Assembly: GCA_025210175.1 (NCBI GenBank)
Contig: JAOASF010000161.1
Span: forward strand, 6,150 to 70,149
DNA length: 64,000 nucleotides
DNA from: Crocinitomicaceae bacterium
GTDB taxonomy: Bacteria; Bacteroidota; Bacteroidia; Flavobacteriales_D; Crocinitomicaceae
Direction of reading: 5' to 3'
The translations under genes and the position numbers were made by a program. The notes under the pieces are model-generated. The model saw only the letters and a list, made by a program, of their open reading frames with translations, did no database searches and was not told the DNA's origin. Positions within the stretch are counted from its first letter, which is position 1, and every line of letters begins with the position of its first letter. Shown piece after piece: positions 1-9,500 of the stretch.

Positions 1-1129
1 GGGTAATAATTCCTCTCCATTCCTGATCGGTACCTGGCAAGAATCCGGGTACATCTTCAAAGACCAATAATGGAATATTGAAGGCATCACAGAAACGAAC
101 AAAACGAGCTCCTTTTCGAGAAGAGTCAATATCCAATACACCTGCCAATGACGCTGGCTGGTTGGCCACAATACCAATGGTTCTTCCCTCCAAACGAGCA
201 AATCCAACTACAATATTCTTTGCGTAGTCTTCGTGAACTTCGCGGAAGCTATTGTCGTCGATTACACAGTCAATCACTTTGCGTACGTCGTAAGGAAGAT
301 TCGAATTATCAGGTAAAATATTTTTAATGCTTTCCAATTTGTTCACATTGAAAGCAAAGTTTTTAGGACTTGGTGCAAGTTCGTTTGCATTTTGTGGAAG
401 GTAAGTCATAAAGTCGCGAACCTTTTTCAAACACTCCACATCGTTACTTGCGGTAAAATGATTTACGCCTGATTTTTCAGCGTGCGACTTGGCCCCTCCT
501 AAGTCTTCGGAGCTCACTTCTTCGTGAGTTACAGTCTTCACGACGTTCGGACCTGTTACAAACATATAGGATGTTTCCTCCACCATGAAAATGAAATCCG
601 TCAATGCCGGCGAGTACACTGCACCTCCAGCACAAGGCCCCATACTCACTGAAATCTGAGGGATCACACCTGACGCTCGGGTGTTGCGGTAAAAAATGTC
701 AGCATAACCCGCAAGCGAAACAACCCCTTCCTGAATACGCGCACCTCCCGAGTCGTTTAACCCAATGATTGGTGCACCGTTCTTCATGGCTAGGTCCATC
801 ACCTTGCAAATCTTTAAGGCATGAGTTTCAGACAAAGAACCCCCTAAAACCGTAAAGTCTTGAGAGAAAATGTAGACAGTACGACCATGGATGGTTCCAT
901 ATCCCGTTACCACCCCATCACCTGGATAGTGTACTTTGTCTAAACCAAAATAGGTCGAACGATGCTCAATGAACATTCCCATTTCTTGAAAAGATCCTTC
1001 GTCCAATAACAACAGAATACGCTCCCTTGCAGTTAGCTTTCCTTGTTTGTGCTGCTTGTCGATTCTAGGTTGACCCCCTCCTAAAACGGAATTCTTGCGT
1101 CTTTCGATTAGTTCGTCTCTTTTGTCCAT
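1..1129 (-). CDS. acyl-CoA carboxylase carboxyltransferase (beta) subunit, propionyl-CoA carboxylase beta / methylmalonyl-CoA decarboxylase alpha family; C-terminus lies beyond the left edge
   Basis: The reading frame runs off the window edge, which is why it is absent from the ORF track. My translation from the ATG at 1129-1127 reads [47 protein letters not shown]...[13 protein letters not shown]...[16 protein letters not shown]...IVANQP, typical of carboxyltransferase subunits. Confidence 0.85.
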   Translation of the reverse strand, partial: MDKRDELIERRKNSVLGGGQPRIDKQHKQGKLTARERILLLLDEGSFQEMGMFIEHRSTYFGLDKVHYPGDGVVTGYGTIHGRTVYIFSQDFTVLGGSLSETHALKICKVMDLAMKNGAPIIGLNDSGGARIQEGVVSLAGYADIFYRNTRASGVIPQISVSMGPCAGGAVYSPALTDFIFMVEETSYMFVTGPNVVKTVTHEEVSSEDLGGAKSHAEKSGVNHFTASNDVECLKKVRDFMTYLPQNANELAPSPKNFAFNVNKLESIKNILPDNSNLPYDVRKVIDCVIDDNSFREVHEDYAKNIVVGFARLEGRTIGIVANQPASLAGVLDIDSSRKGARFVRFCDAFNIPLLVFEDVPGFLPGTDQEWRGIIT

Positions 1130-1390
1130 TCCTAAAGTTTTGTGGGTACAAAGATAATAGAAGACCTCACTTGACAGAACTTCCCGATTCAAGTAATGGT
1201 CATGCGTTTTTTAATACAGACTAAACAAATAGTTTAAACGGAATCTTTCAAACACAAAATAGGCTCGTCCAACCTAGATTGAAACGAGCCTAACTGTTTT
1301 GGTCAGCAATGTGACACTACAAATATAGTTTAATCAAAACGCAAACGACAAGCTATTTTTAACTTATTTTTTAGTTGATTGTGTTTGGGT

Positions 1391-1415
1391 AAAAAAAAGA
1401 GCCCCTGTGGGCTCT
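1391..1415 (-). terminator. intrinsic terminator (minus strand)
   Basis: 7-bp GC-rich stem AGAGCCC/GGGCTCT (1398-1404 / 1409-1415) with a 4-nt loop. On the minus strand it is followed by a run of 7-8 T (1391-1398). Confidence 0.6.
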
Positions 1416-1562
1416 GAGTTCCTTTTCCAGAAATCATTTGTAGTAAGTTCTTTTCCAGTTTAGGTGATCACCTAGGGGTGATTTATTCAGTGATGTGATA
1501 GATAGGGAGCAATGCTTTTTTTCAGTGAAGCGGTTACGTTACGTTAGATGTTCCTTCTTTGT
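1391..1562 (-). ncRNA. candidate small RNA (unclassified), from a TAAATTTG -7-like motif to the intrinsic terminator
   Basis: On the minus strand, TAAATTTG (rc of 1568-1575) fits the Bacteroidota TAnnTTTG -7 motif. About 170 nt downstream lies the strong terminator at 1391-1415. An internal hairpin ATCACC-CCTA-GGTGAT is present and no convincing ORF is visible. The region sits in a 725-bp non-coding gap. Confidence 0.25.
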
Positions 1563-1706
1563 TGTCTCAAATTTATAGCGAAACAACGGTTTCTATTCTT
1601 AGGAATACACGAACGGATTGATTTGTTGGATAAGCGGAAGTTGTTGTTGACAGCGCAAGAAAACCAGTTATTATCTGTAAAAACAATGGTTTTGGGAAGT
1701 AAAAAC

Positions 1707-1738
1707 AAAAAAATCTCACCCGGGCGGGTGAGATTTTT
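1707..1738 (-). terminator. intrinsic terminator downstream of holB (bidirectional shape)
   Basis: 9-bp stem ATCTCACCC/GGGTGAGAT with a 4-nt loop, flanked by an A-run on one side and a T-run on the other. It lies about 120 bp past the holB stop. Confidence 0.65.
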
Positions 1739-1853
1739 CGATTGGTTATGAAATTTCGTTCCAGTGAACGTTAGTTGCGGCAAAGATAGACACACCTTAG
1801 TGGTAATGAATCAATAAATATGTAATTGGCGAATTTCTGCGGACGAATGGTTT

Positions 1854-2972
1854 TTACGCAAAATGGATAAACCTCATCGTCTTGAAAGCAAGGTCAGTAA
1901 AAAGGATTTTGCTGTTCGCATTTCGCTCGATGTGGTAGTGTGCGTCTGAGAACACCTTCATGAAGTCGTGAATATTGTTGCCCGTAATGAATCGTGAAAA
2001 CTTGGTCAAAAAGCTGGCTTCTTCGTCCGACACTTGAAACAGTTGTTCTCCCGTATAGTTTCTCAATATCGATTGTCGAATCATGTGCAGGCAATACGTC
2101 AGATACTCCTTTTGTTCCTCTCTTTTCATGCTGCTGATATCTTCCGCCCAATCCATCATTTCGATAACTTTCTTTTGGTAACAATGGCGCATCATGGCGA
2201 TAAACATCTCTCGAAAGAGGTCGGCAGCTTCGTGTTCGGACTCCGATTCCAGAATTCTCGCCACATCGCCATCGTACCTGGCGGCCAAACTTTGGGCCAG
2301 ACTCGAACTCATTCCTTTTTCTCGCGTGAGGTAATCAACTACCTCATCAAAGGCCAGGCGATTCACTTTCTTGAGTTGGGTTCTGGACAAAACCGTCGGC
2401 AACAATTCTTCCGCGTCTTCGGCTACCAACAAGATCAAGGTTTTGGGTTGAGGCTCCTCCAGGGACTTCAGAATTTTGTTGGCAAACGTGACATTCATGG
2501 CCTCGGCCTTCCAAATGATAAAGACGCGATAACCCCCTTCAAAAGAAGTGAGGGCAAACTTGTGCATCATGTCTTTGATTTCCTCGTTCCCAATGATCGG
2601 CGTTCGGATTTCCTTGTCCATTCGTCGTATCCAACTCAGCTCCGTGAAATACGGTCCCCCCATGAGTTGTTCACGCCACTCCCCCATCAAGGGTTCCGTT
2701 CGTTTTTGAACGGCCTGAACTACCGGAAAAATATGGTGAACATCTGGGTGAACATTGCGGTCATTTTTCTTGCACGTATTGCACTCTCCACAAGCGTCAG
2801 TTGGTTGACGATTCTCACACATCAAATACTGAGCATAAGCCATGGCCATTGCTAGGCTTCCATACCCATTTTTTCCAAGAAAAAGTTGAGCATGCGACAC
2901 CTTGCCTCCTTGAATTTCTTCTCGAATCCGATTCTTCAAAGCCTCTTGCCCTATGATTTCTCTAAAATACAA
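1854..2972 (-). CDS. holB: DNA polymerase III subunit delta-prime
   Basis: 372 aa. The N-terminus IIGQEALKNRIREEIQGGKVSHAQLFLGKNGYG resembles an AAA+ clamp-loader. A Zn-module CGECNTCKK and the SRTQ sensor motif (VLSRTQ) are also present. Confidence 0.85.
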   Translation of the reverse strand: MYFREIIGQEALKNRIREEIQGGKVSHAQLFLGKNGYGSLAMAMAYAQYLMCENRQPTDACGECNTCKKNDRNVHPDVHHIFPVVQAVQKRTEPLMGEWREQLMGGPYFTELSWIRRMDKEIRTPIIGNEEIKDMMHKFALTSFEGGYRVFIIWKAEAMNVTFANKILKSLEEPQPKTLILLVAEDAEELLPTVLSRTQLKKVNRLAFDEVVDYLTREKGMSSSLAQSLAARYDGDVARILESESEHEAADLFREMFIAMMRHCYQKKVIEMMDWAEDISSMKREEQKEYLTYCLHMIRQSILRNYTGEQLFQVSDEEASFLTKFSRFITGNNIHDFMKVFSDAHYHIERNANSKILFTDLAFKTMRFIHFA

Positions 2973-3075
2973 GTCCCAATATTTGTGAGCTGCTAAATTA
3001 ACGATTCACAAAGAAGTAAGCGGGGTACAATTGACTTCTTTGCAACGTATATTTGTTGACTTAAAATTCAATTTT

Positions 3076-3984
3076 ATGTTTGGTCAGCTTCGCTATCACC
3101 TTCTTTTGCATATCATCATCTTTATTTGGGGGTTTACGGGTATCTTGGGTAAACTCATTCACCTAGAAAGCGTGTACATTGTTTGGTGGCGTGTATTGAT
3201 CGCGGCAGTTGGGCTTTTCCTTTACTTAAAAGCAACCAAGTGGAATTTTGCTGTAGCCGACCGCAAACAAGTTTATTACATGCTTATAGTGGGAGGAATT
3301 GTGGGTGCTCATTGGATGACCTTTTATTATTCGATTCAATTATCCACCGCATCACTTGGAATTTTGTGTTTATCCACCACTACTTTACACGTAACATGGC
3401 TGGAGCCACTGATCATGAAACGCCGCTTTTTGTGGTCTGAATTTCTCTTTGGTGTCCTAATCATTTTTGCCCTACTCTATGTTTCGGGTGATTTTAATCA
3501 AAAGGATTTAAAAGCCTTATTTATTGGTTTACTCTCTGCTTTTTTTGCGGCCTTGTTTTCTGTATGCAACGCCAAGTTGGTAGAAAAAACACCTTCTGCC
3601 ACCCTTACAAATATTGAAATGGTATCAGCACTTGGGGTTGTAAGTGTGGTTATGTTGTTTCAGGGACTGATGGATGAACGCTTGTTTGCCATGACCTGGT
3701 CCGACTTTTGGTGGTTGCTGTTCTTGGGGTTGGTCTGTACCTCCTTCGCTTTTTTGGTGGTGGTTGATTTGGTGAAAAGACTTGGAGCCTTTACGGTTTC
3801 GCTCAGTATCAACATGGAGCCCGTATATACCATCCTACTGGCCATTGCCATTCTCAACGAAAACGAACAATTGGGCACCAAGTTTTACATCGGCGCGAGT
3901 ACGATTGTGTTGGTAGTGGTTATTAATGCCATTATCAAATACCGCATGAAAAGTAAAAACCCAAACGCATTTTTAAAAGATTAA
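3076..3984 (+). CDS. EamA/DMT-family transporter
   Basis: About 10 predicted TM helices across two EamA-like halves. I preferred the ATG at 3076 over the TTG at 3031 used by the ORF track. Confidence 0.7.
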   Translation: MFGQLRYHLLLHIIIFIWGFTGILGKLIHLESVYIVWWRVLIAAVGLFLYLKATKWNFAVADRKQVYYMLIVGGIVGAHWMTFYYSIQLSTASLGILCLSTTTLHVTWLEPLIMKRRFLWSEFLFGVLIIFALLYVSGDFNQKDLKALFIGLLSAFFAALFSVCNAKLVEKTPSATLTNIEMVSALGVVSVVMLFQGLMDERLFAMTWSDFWWLLFLGLVCTSFAFLVVVDLVKRLGAFTVSLSINMEPVYTILLAIAILNENEQLGTKFYIGASTIVLVVVINAIIKYRMKSKNPNAFLKD

Positions 3985-5507
3985 CCTAGGTTTTTCTCCT
4001 TCAAATATTCCACCCACTTTGGCCGCTGTTCTGTATTGAGCACTCTCGGAAACTTATTTTGAGACCCCGCCTTTCCTAAATGGCTTAAGAATTTGTAGAA
4101 TTCTTCATTTGGTAAAACGGTAATCAGAGGGTCTTTGAGGGTATATTTTCGAACGGCCGCATAGTCGTCGTTCAAGGCACAGATTTCTGCGTCTATTTCT
4201 CGCATCAACTCTTCCTTGTTCACTTCTTCGTCTACACCTACATACCAGTGGTGCTGTAACTCGCCTTCAACAACGTGAATGGTAAATTCAGAAATTTCCA
4301 ACCCTCTTTTTTCGCTTACTTTCTGAATGGCCATGTTGATGTTTTCAAGTGAAAGATGTTCACCCACAATACTCAAATACTGTTTTATTCTTCCCGAAAT
4401 CACGATTTCATGCGATGCGGTATCTACAAAGCGAACCAAGTCACCTATCATATACCTCCACAGTCCGGCATTCGTCGATATCACCAACGCGTAATCGGTG
4501 TTTGGCTCCACCTCGTTGAGCGCTAATGCATTGTAGTTGTTTATCAAATTACCATCTGCATTGAAGTAATCCGAATTGAACGGTACAAACTCGAAAAAAG
4601 CCCCGTTTTTAAGGAGCAGCTCCATTCCTTCCCGATCTGGTGCCACTTGATAGGCAAAATAGCCTTCACTGGCCAAATACGTATCGAGGGTATACACCTC
4701 CTTGCCCAATACCTTCTTGAAGCGCGACATATAAGGTGCCATGTAAACTCCGCCGTGCACATATACTTGAAAGTTCGGCCAGATGTCGTGAATCGAATTA
4801 AGTTGGTAACGTTCCACAATTTTTTCAAGCAGCATGATACACCAACTAGGAACTCCCGCCATAATTCCGATATTCCAATCTGGCGCTCGCTGGATCATGA
4901 GCTCTAATTTCTCGTTCCAATTCTTTAGGTGGGTAATTTTTTTCCCCGGTTTAGCGAAAGGAGCGGCCAACGGAGAAGTGTATTTTTTCAAAATCCCGCT
5001 TAAATCCCCTTCAATGTGAGTTGGTCCTTTTACCAACTTGGTTGATCCCCCGACGGCCAGCACGCTGGCTTGAAAAAACTCCTCGGGCAAATCTAAATTG
5101 TGAAGGGTTGAAAGTTGCTTGATGCTGGTTCTTTGAAACGAGCGAATCATGTTGGTAGTTACCGGAATTCTCTTACTGGGCGACCCGGTAGTTCCAGACG
5201 AAAGGGCATAGTGGCGTATCCGTCCAGGCCAAATAATATCTCTTTTTCCTTGTATGCAGTTTTCCAGCCATTTGTCGTAAAACTCCGTATAATTCGTTAT
5301 CGGCACATTACGCTGAAAGGACTCGATAATATCATCATCATTTAATATTGAGTTAAAACTATAGACACGTCCAAACTGTGTTTTGTTCGCTTTTTCCAAG
5401 AGTTTAACCAGGGTTACTACTTGATGATAGAATTCTTTGCTCTTGCGAATTGAGCGTTTGTAGCTGATTTTGGTTGTGTTTTTAATAAACTTTCCGATTA
5501 TAGGCAT
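3981..5507 (-). CDS. GH3-family (auxin-responsive GH3-like) acyl-acid amido synthetase homologue
   Basis: 508 aa. Contains YALSSGTTGSPSKRIP (adenylate-forming P-loop-like motif) and a layout typical of bacterial GH3 proteins. Confidence 0.75.
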   Translation of the reverse strand: MPIIGKFIKNTTKISYKRSIRKSKEFYHQVVTLVKLLEKANKTQFGRVYSFNSILNDDDIIESFQRNVPITNYTEFYDKWLENCIQGKRDIIWPGRIRHYALSSGTTGSPSKRIPVTTNMIRSFQRTSIKQLSTLHNLDLPEEFFQASVLAVGGSTKLVKGPTHIEGDLSGILKKYTSPLAAPFAKPGKKITHLKNWNEKLELMIQRAPDWNIGIMAGVPSWCIMLLEKIVERYQLNSIHDIWPNFQVYVHGGVYMAPYMSRFKKVLGKEVYTLDTYLASEGYFAYQVAPDREGMELLLKNGAFFEFVPFNSDYFNADGNLINNYNALALNEVEPNTDYALVISTNAGLWRYMIGDLVRFVDTASHEIVISGRIKQYLSIVGEHLSLENINMAIQKVSEKRGLEISEFTIHVVEGELQHHWYVGVDEEVNKEELMREIDAEICALNDDYAAVRKYTLKDPLITVLPNEEFYKFLSHLGKAGSQNKFPRVLNTEQRPKWVEYLKEKNLG

Positions 5508-5611
5508 ATCTCGTTATCAGTCTTTTGAGCCAAAAATAGTTTTTTATTAATACCATAAGGAAGGCACGAAAAATATTATTGCTACCTTCATAAAGCAATT
5601 ATAAATCCTCT

Positions 5612-6424
5612 ATGAAAACATTCATTGTAGCTCACGATTTTTCAAGCGTTGCCGACAATGCATTGCAACATGCCATCACAACCGCGAAATATATTAACGC
5701 CCAAGTTTTGGTTTTGCACGTCGTGTCAAAGCAAAAAGAAATCGATGAAGCCGAAGCGAAACTGATCAAAATAATCAAAGGGTTCGAGTCTGAAGTTACC
5801 GTAACGCCTAAGGTGCGTGTCGGAAATATTTTTGAGGATATCGGAGAGTTTGCTGCAGAGCACCATGCAGAATTAATTTTTATGGGTACCCACGGAACGA
5901 AGGGTTGGCAGCATTTAACCGGTTCAAACGCTTTGAAGGTGGTTGCCAATGCCAATGCTCCTTTTATTATTGTTCAAAACAGTCAGGTTAAAACGACTGG
6001 ATACGATGATATTGTAGTTCCGCTCGACCTGCACAAAGAAACCAAACAAAAGTTGGCAATCGTTGCAGACTTGGCTCGTTATTTCAATTCGCGTGTGCAT
6101 GTGGTTATTCCAGATGAAACAGATGAGTTTTTAAGAAATAAAGCCAATGCCAATATTCAATTCGCCAAAAAGTTTTTCTCGGAAAGAGATATAGAAATGA
6201 CTGCTAAAATGGTGAACCCAAGTGGCTTTGATAAAGAATTGGTCAAACACGCCGTGCAAACGGACTCTGATTTGATTGCCATTATGAACTTGAACAAGAA
6301 CAGCATATTTGGTGTTCTCTCTGCCAACTATGAGCAATACATCATTAACAACGACGCTCAAATTGCCACTTTGATTATCAACCCAGTTGATACTCCTTAT
6401 GGCTCAAGCGTTTTGTTTTCTTAG
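5612..6424 (+). CDS. universal stress protein, tandem UspA domains
   Basis: 270 aa. ILVAHDFS...VLHV...LIFMGTHG is followed by a second Usp-like half. Confidence 0.8.
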   Translation: MKTFIVAHDFSSVADNALQHAITTAKYINAQVLVLHVVSKQKEIDEAEAKLIKIIKGFESEVTVTPKVRVGNIFEDIGEFAAEHHAELIFMGTHGTKGWQHLTGSNALKVVANANAPFIIVQNSQVKTTGYDDIVVPLDLHKETKQKLAIVADLARYFNSRVHVVIPDETDEFLRNKANANIQFAKKFFSERDIEMTAKMVNPSGFDKELVKHAVQTDSDLIAIMNLNKNSIFGVLSANYEQYIINNDAQIATLIINPVDTPYGSSVLFS

Positions 6425-6448
6425 ACCCAATTTTTTCCTCAACATAAG

Positions 6449-6482
6449 AAGCTGTTTGTCGTTTGATGAACAGCTTTTTTCT
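6449..6482 (+). terminator. intrinsic terminator after the usp gene
   Basis: Stem AAGCTGTT/AACAGCTT followed by TTTTTT. Confidence 0.6.
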
Positions 6483-6518
6483 TTTGTTAGGAGAATGGTT
6501 CACAAGTGTAGGTGTCAA

Positions 6519-6550
6519 AGAAAAAGGTCGCCTCAACAAGAGACGACCTT
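6519..6550 (-). terminator. intrinsic terminator after the 1362-aa T9SS cargo gene
   Basis: Stem AAGGTCG/CGACCTT (6524-6530 / 6544-6550) with a T-run on the minus strand. Confidence 0.55.
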
Positions 6551-6572
6551 TCTATCTTCAATCAACTATTTT

Positions 6573-9500
6573 CTATTGTTTCACTACTCGGTAAGTACCC
6601 GTTCCGTTTTCGTTTGTTAAAACAAGTAAGTATACTCCCGCCTCGTAATTCGACAAGTCCAATTTGGTATTTGACCCTTTCAATTCAGACCAATAAACTC
6701 TCTTTCCTTGAGCGTCTTTAACCTCTACGGTTGTTGTCGTTCCCTGGTCCTTCCAAGTTAAATTAACCAAACCGTTCGTAGGGTTAGGAGCAATGTTCAG
6801 TCCCTCCAAAATCATTTCTTCTACTGATAAATAATCACAGGTTGAAAGGACATTTACCGTTACCACTGAAGTGTCGTCCGGACAAACTCCATTTCCAACA
6901 ATATAGCTGTAATTGTAGTTTCCAGGAACATTCAAGCCTCCTGCATCAATAAACGAAGCAACAGGATTGCTCGAAGCATCGTACCATTGTCCGCCAGAAC
7001 TTATATTTCCACCCAAACCAGCAATCACGTCGATAGGCTCGTTTTTACAAATGGTCAATGCCCCATCTGATCCAGCAGAAGCTCTTCCCACAACGCTGTA
7101 GTTTGCAATAACATCGTCGGAAGCACATCCGTCTTCTAACAAGTATTGGAATTGGTAAGTAATATTGGCCAAACCTTGTGTGTTCAACAAGCTGTCATTT
7201 ACGATTTTAAATGTTTGATCGATATCCACCCATGTTCCTCCTGGTTGGGCACCAATTACCCCATCAAAAAGGTTCACCGTGTCGCCGTAGCAAACTTGAA
7301 CTGTACTACCCGCCGTTCCAGCAACTAGGTCAATTTGCGACATTTTTAAGCCGTACTGTCCTGTTTGAGTTGTACTATAAGAGTCATAAACCAAATAATA
7401 CTCAGCGCCGGCTGTCAATCCACAAATGGTGAAGTTTGGAGCCAAAGACCCTCCCTCTATCGCATCGTCGTTTGCTGCCACTAAGGTAAACGTGGTGAAA
7501 TCAGCACAGGTAATGACTTCGTACACGGCCATTTGTCCGTTGAACGTACGGTTCGTTGCGTCTATTCGCATATTCCCGGATGCTGGGGCAATGAATCGAT
7601 GCCAAGTTGTAAAGTTCATGCTGTTGTTGCCCCAACCTGTAGTGGTTTGATTTCCCGATGTTGGCGGAGCAATGGAACTTTCGTTTGTTTCAACAGTAGC
7701 TCCTACATTGGAAAACACTCTGTTTACACCGTCCACAGGAATTTGTTCTGCACCACACACATTGTCGTTTGTCATCGGCATTGTAACGGTCAACGGTCCC
7801 ACATATCCTGAAACCAAAGTATCACACACGGCTCTGACGTATACCTCGTAAACTCCCCCGGCAAATAAGCTAGGGTCTGGGGTAGTATCGCCAACAATGG
7901 CATCTGAAATATCAGTTGATCCTTCTGTATTCGGGTCGAAATCAGGCCAACCGTATTGAACTTCAAAGCCGGTTGACGGATAGATGGCATTGGATGGGGA
8001 CCAACTCCAGTTCGTAAAGATGGTATCCACACTCACCGAGGCAGCAAAGCCTGTTGGGTTGGAGCAAAGTGGAAGAGTTGTAAACTGACCATACAAGCCA
8101 AAACTTTGGTTGGTTGGAGAACAGTCTGCAAATACGTAAACATCATACGTCGTTAGCTGATCCAAATTCAACAAAATAGCATTGTTTGCAGTCACCGTTT
8201 GCGTCACCCCTGAAGTTGCTGGGTCAAATCCGGCTGGACCATAAATTACCGTCCAGTTTGTTTCGTTCGATATTCCAGCCGTCCAAGAAATTCCAGCTTC
8301 TTCCGCTGTGATATACTGAAACACGAGATTCGTTGGTTTCGGACATTTGGTATACGTGAATTGAACACAGCTATTTTGTTGCAAATAAGAACTGTTGAGA
8401 TAGGACAGTGGGTAGTTTTGATTCGGTCCTTTTAAGCCGATCGTTGCCGACTGGCCGTTGTCGTATGAAGTAGAGCCCGTTACCGTATTTTCATACTGAT
8501 AATAGATTTTACCTGTACTTTCCTCCAAGATGGTTTGAAAAACAAAAGGAACTCCAGTTGAGAAGAAATCGTGCTTGGCATTCCATTGCACAATAAAACG
8601 TCTATTTGGAGCCGTACCTACTGATCCCCAATAAATTTGAGCGTTGTTGTCGTCTAAATCATCCCAAAACGGATACAGTCCTTGAGGTGCAGTGGTAGCA
8701 ATCGTATTCGAATTCGCAGAAGAAACTTGTGCAGCAATGTCGTTGAAAACAATGACTCCGTTGTTGGCAACAGTTATACTAGTAACAGGCGTCCCCTGGA
8801 AATAGAACGTCCACGGTAAAAGAAAACCAGCCTCTCCGTCCGATTGAAGCGCATTGGCTGTGAACAAGTTTGAAATATCAACGAACCCTGCCGTATCACA
8901 AACGTTATCCAGCTCCATGAATTGACCCAAGTCAAAAGTGTTGGCTACAATTGGTCCGATAAAAATTGACGTGTCTCCAGCTCCACAAATGGAACGAATA
9001 TACACATCGTAAAATGTGTTGGGCGTTAGGTTAGAAATGGTATCCGGAATGGTATTAGCTGTAACCTGAGGCGAGGTCGAAGAAGGGGTAAACCCAATAG
9101 GTCCGTAGCTCATGGACCATAGTGTTTCGTTACCTCCAGCACCCCATGAGAAAACTGCGTTGGTCGTGTCTCCTTCTACAAAAACAAAATTCACTGGAGA
9201 AGAACAAGAAGGGCCAACGAATTCGTCCGCACCTATATCTACCGTGGTAGAAGGAGCAAGTGGTCGAGTTTGACCATCGATATCCACTGTGGCACTCGCT
9301 GCGTTGTTACCTGCATCATTTGCCAATGAACCCAATACGTGTAAATCTGTGCTAGAGACAAAAATTGGATCTCCAAAATAGCTATTGGCATCAAAACCAG
9401 TGGCTGTTTGCCAAGCCGATAAGGAGCTGTATTGAACTCCTCCGTTTTCAAATAAATTGGTTCCGGCACCATTGTAAATGTTGTAGTTCAAATTGGTAAT

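Noticed and set aside
1544-1795. 83-aa (minus) and 67-aa (plus) ORFs in the 1130-1854 gap
   Set aside because: They are mutually overlapping, span a terminator hairpin and have no motif or plausible start context. I treated the region as non-coding and as a possible sRNA locus instead.
2034-2855. 273-aa plus-strand ORF
   Set aside because: It lies entirely antisense to holB, whose product has clear clamp-loader motifs. Its translation is low-complexity and Leu/Arg/Phe-rich, typical of a shadow frame.
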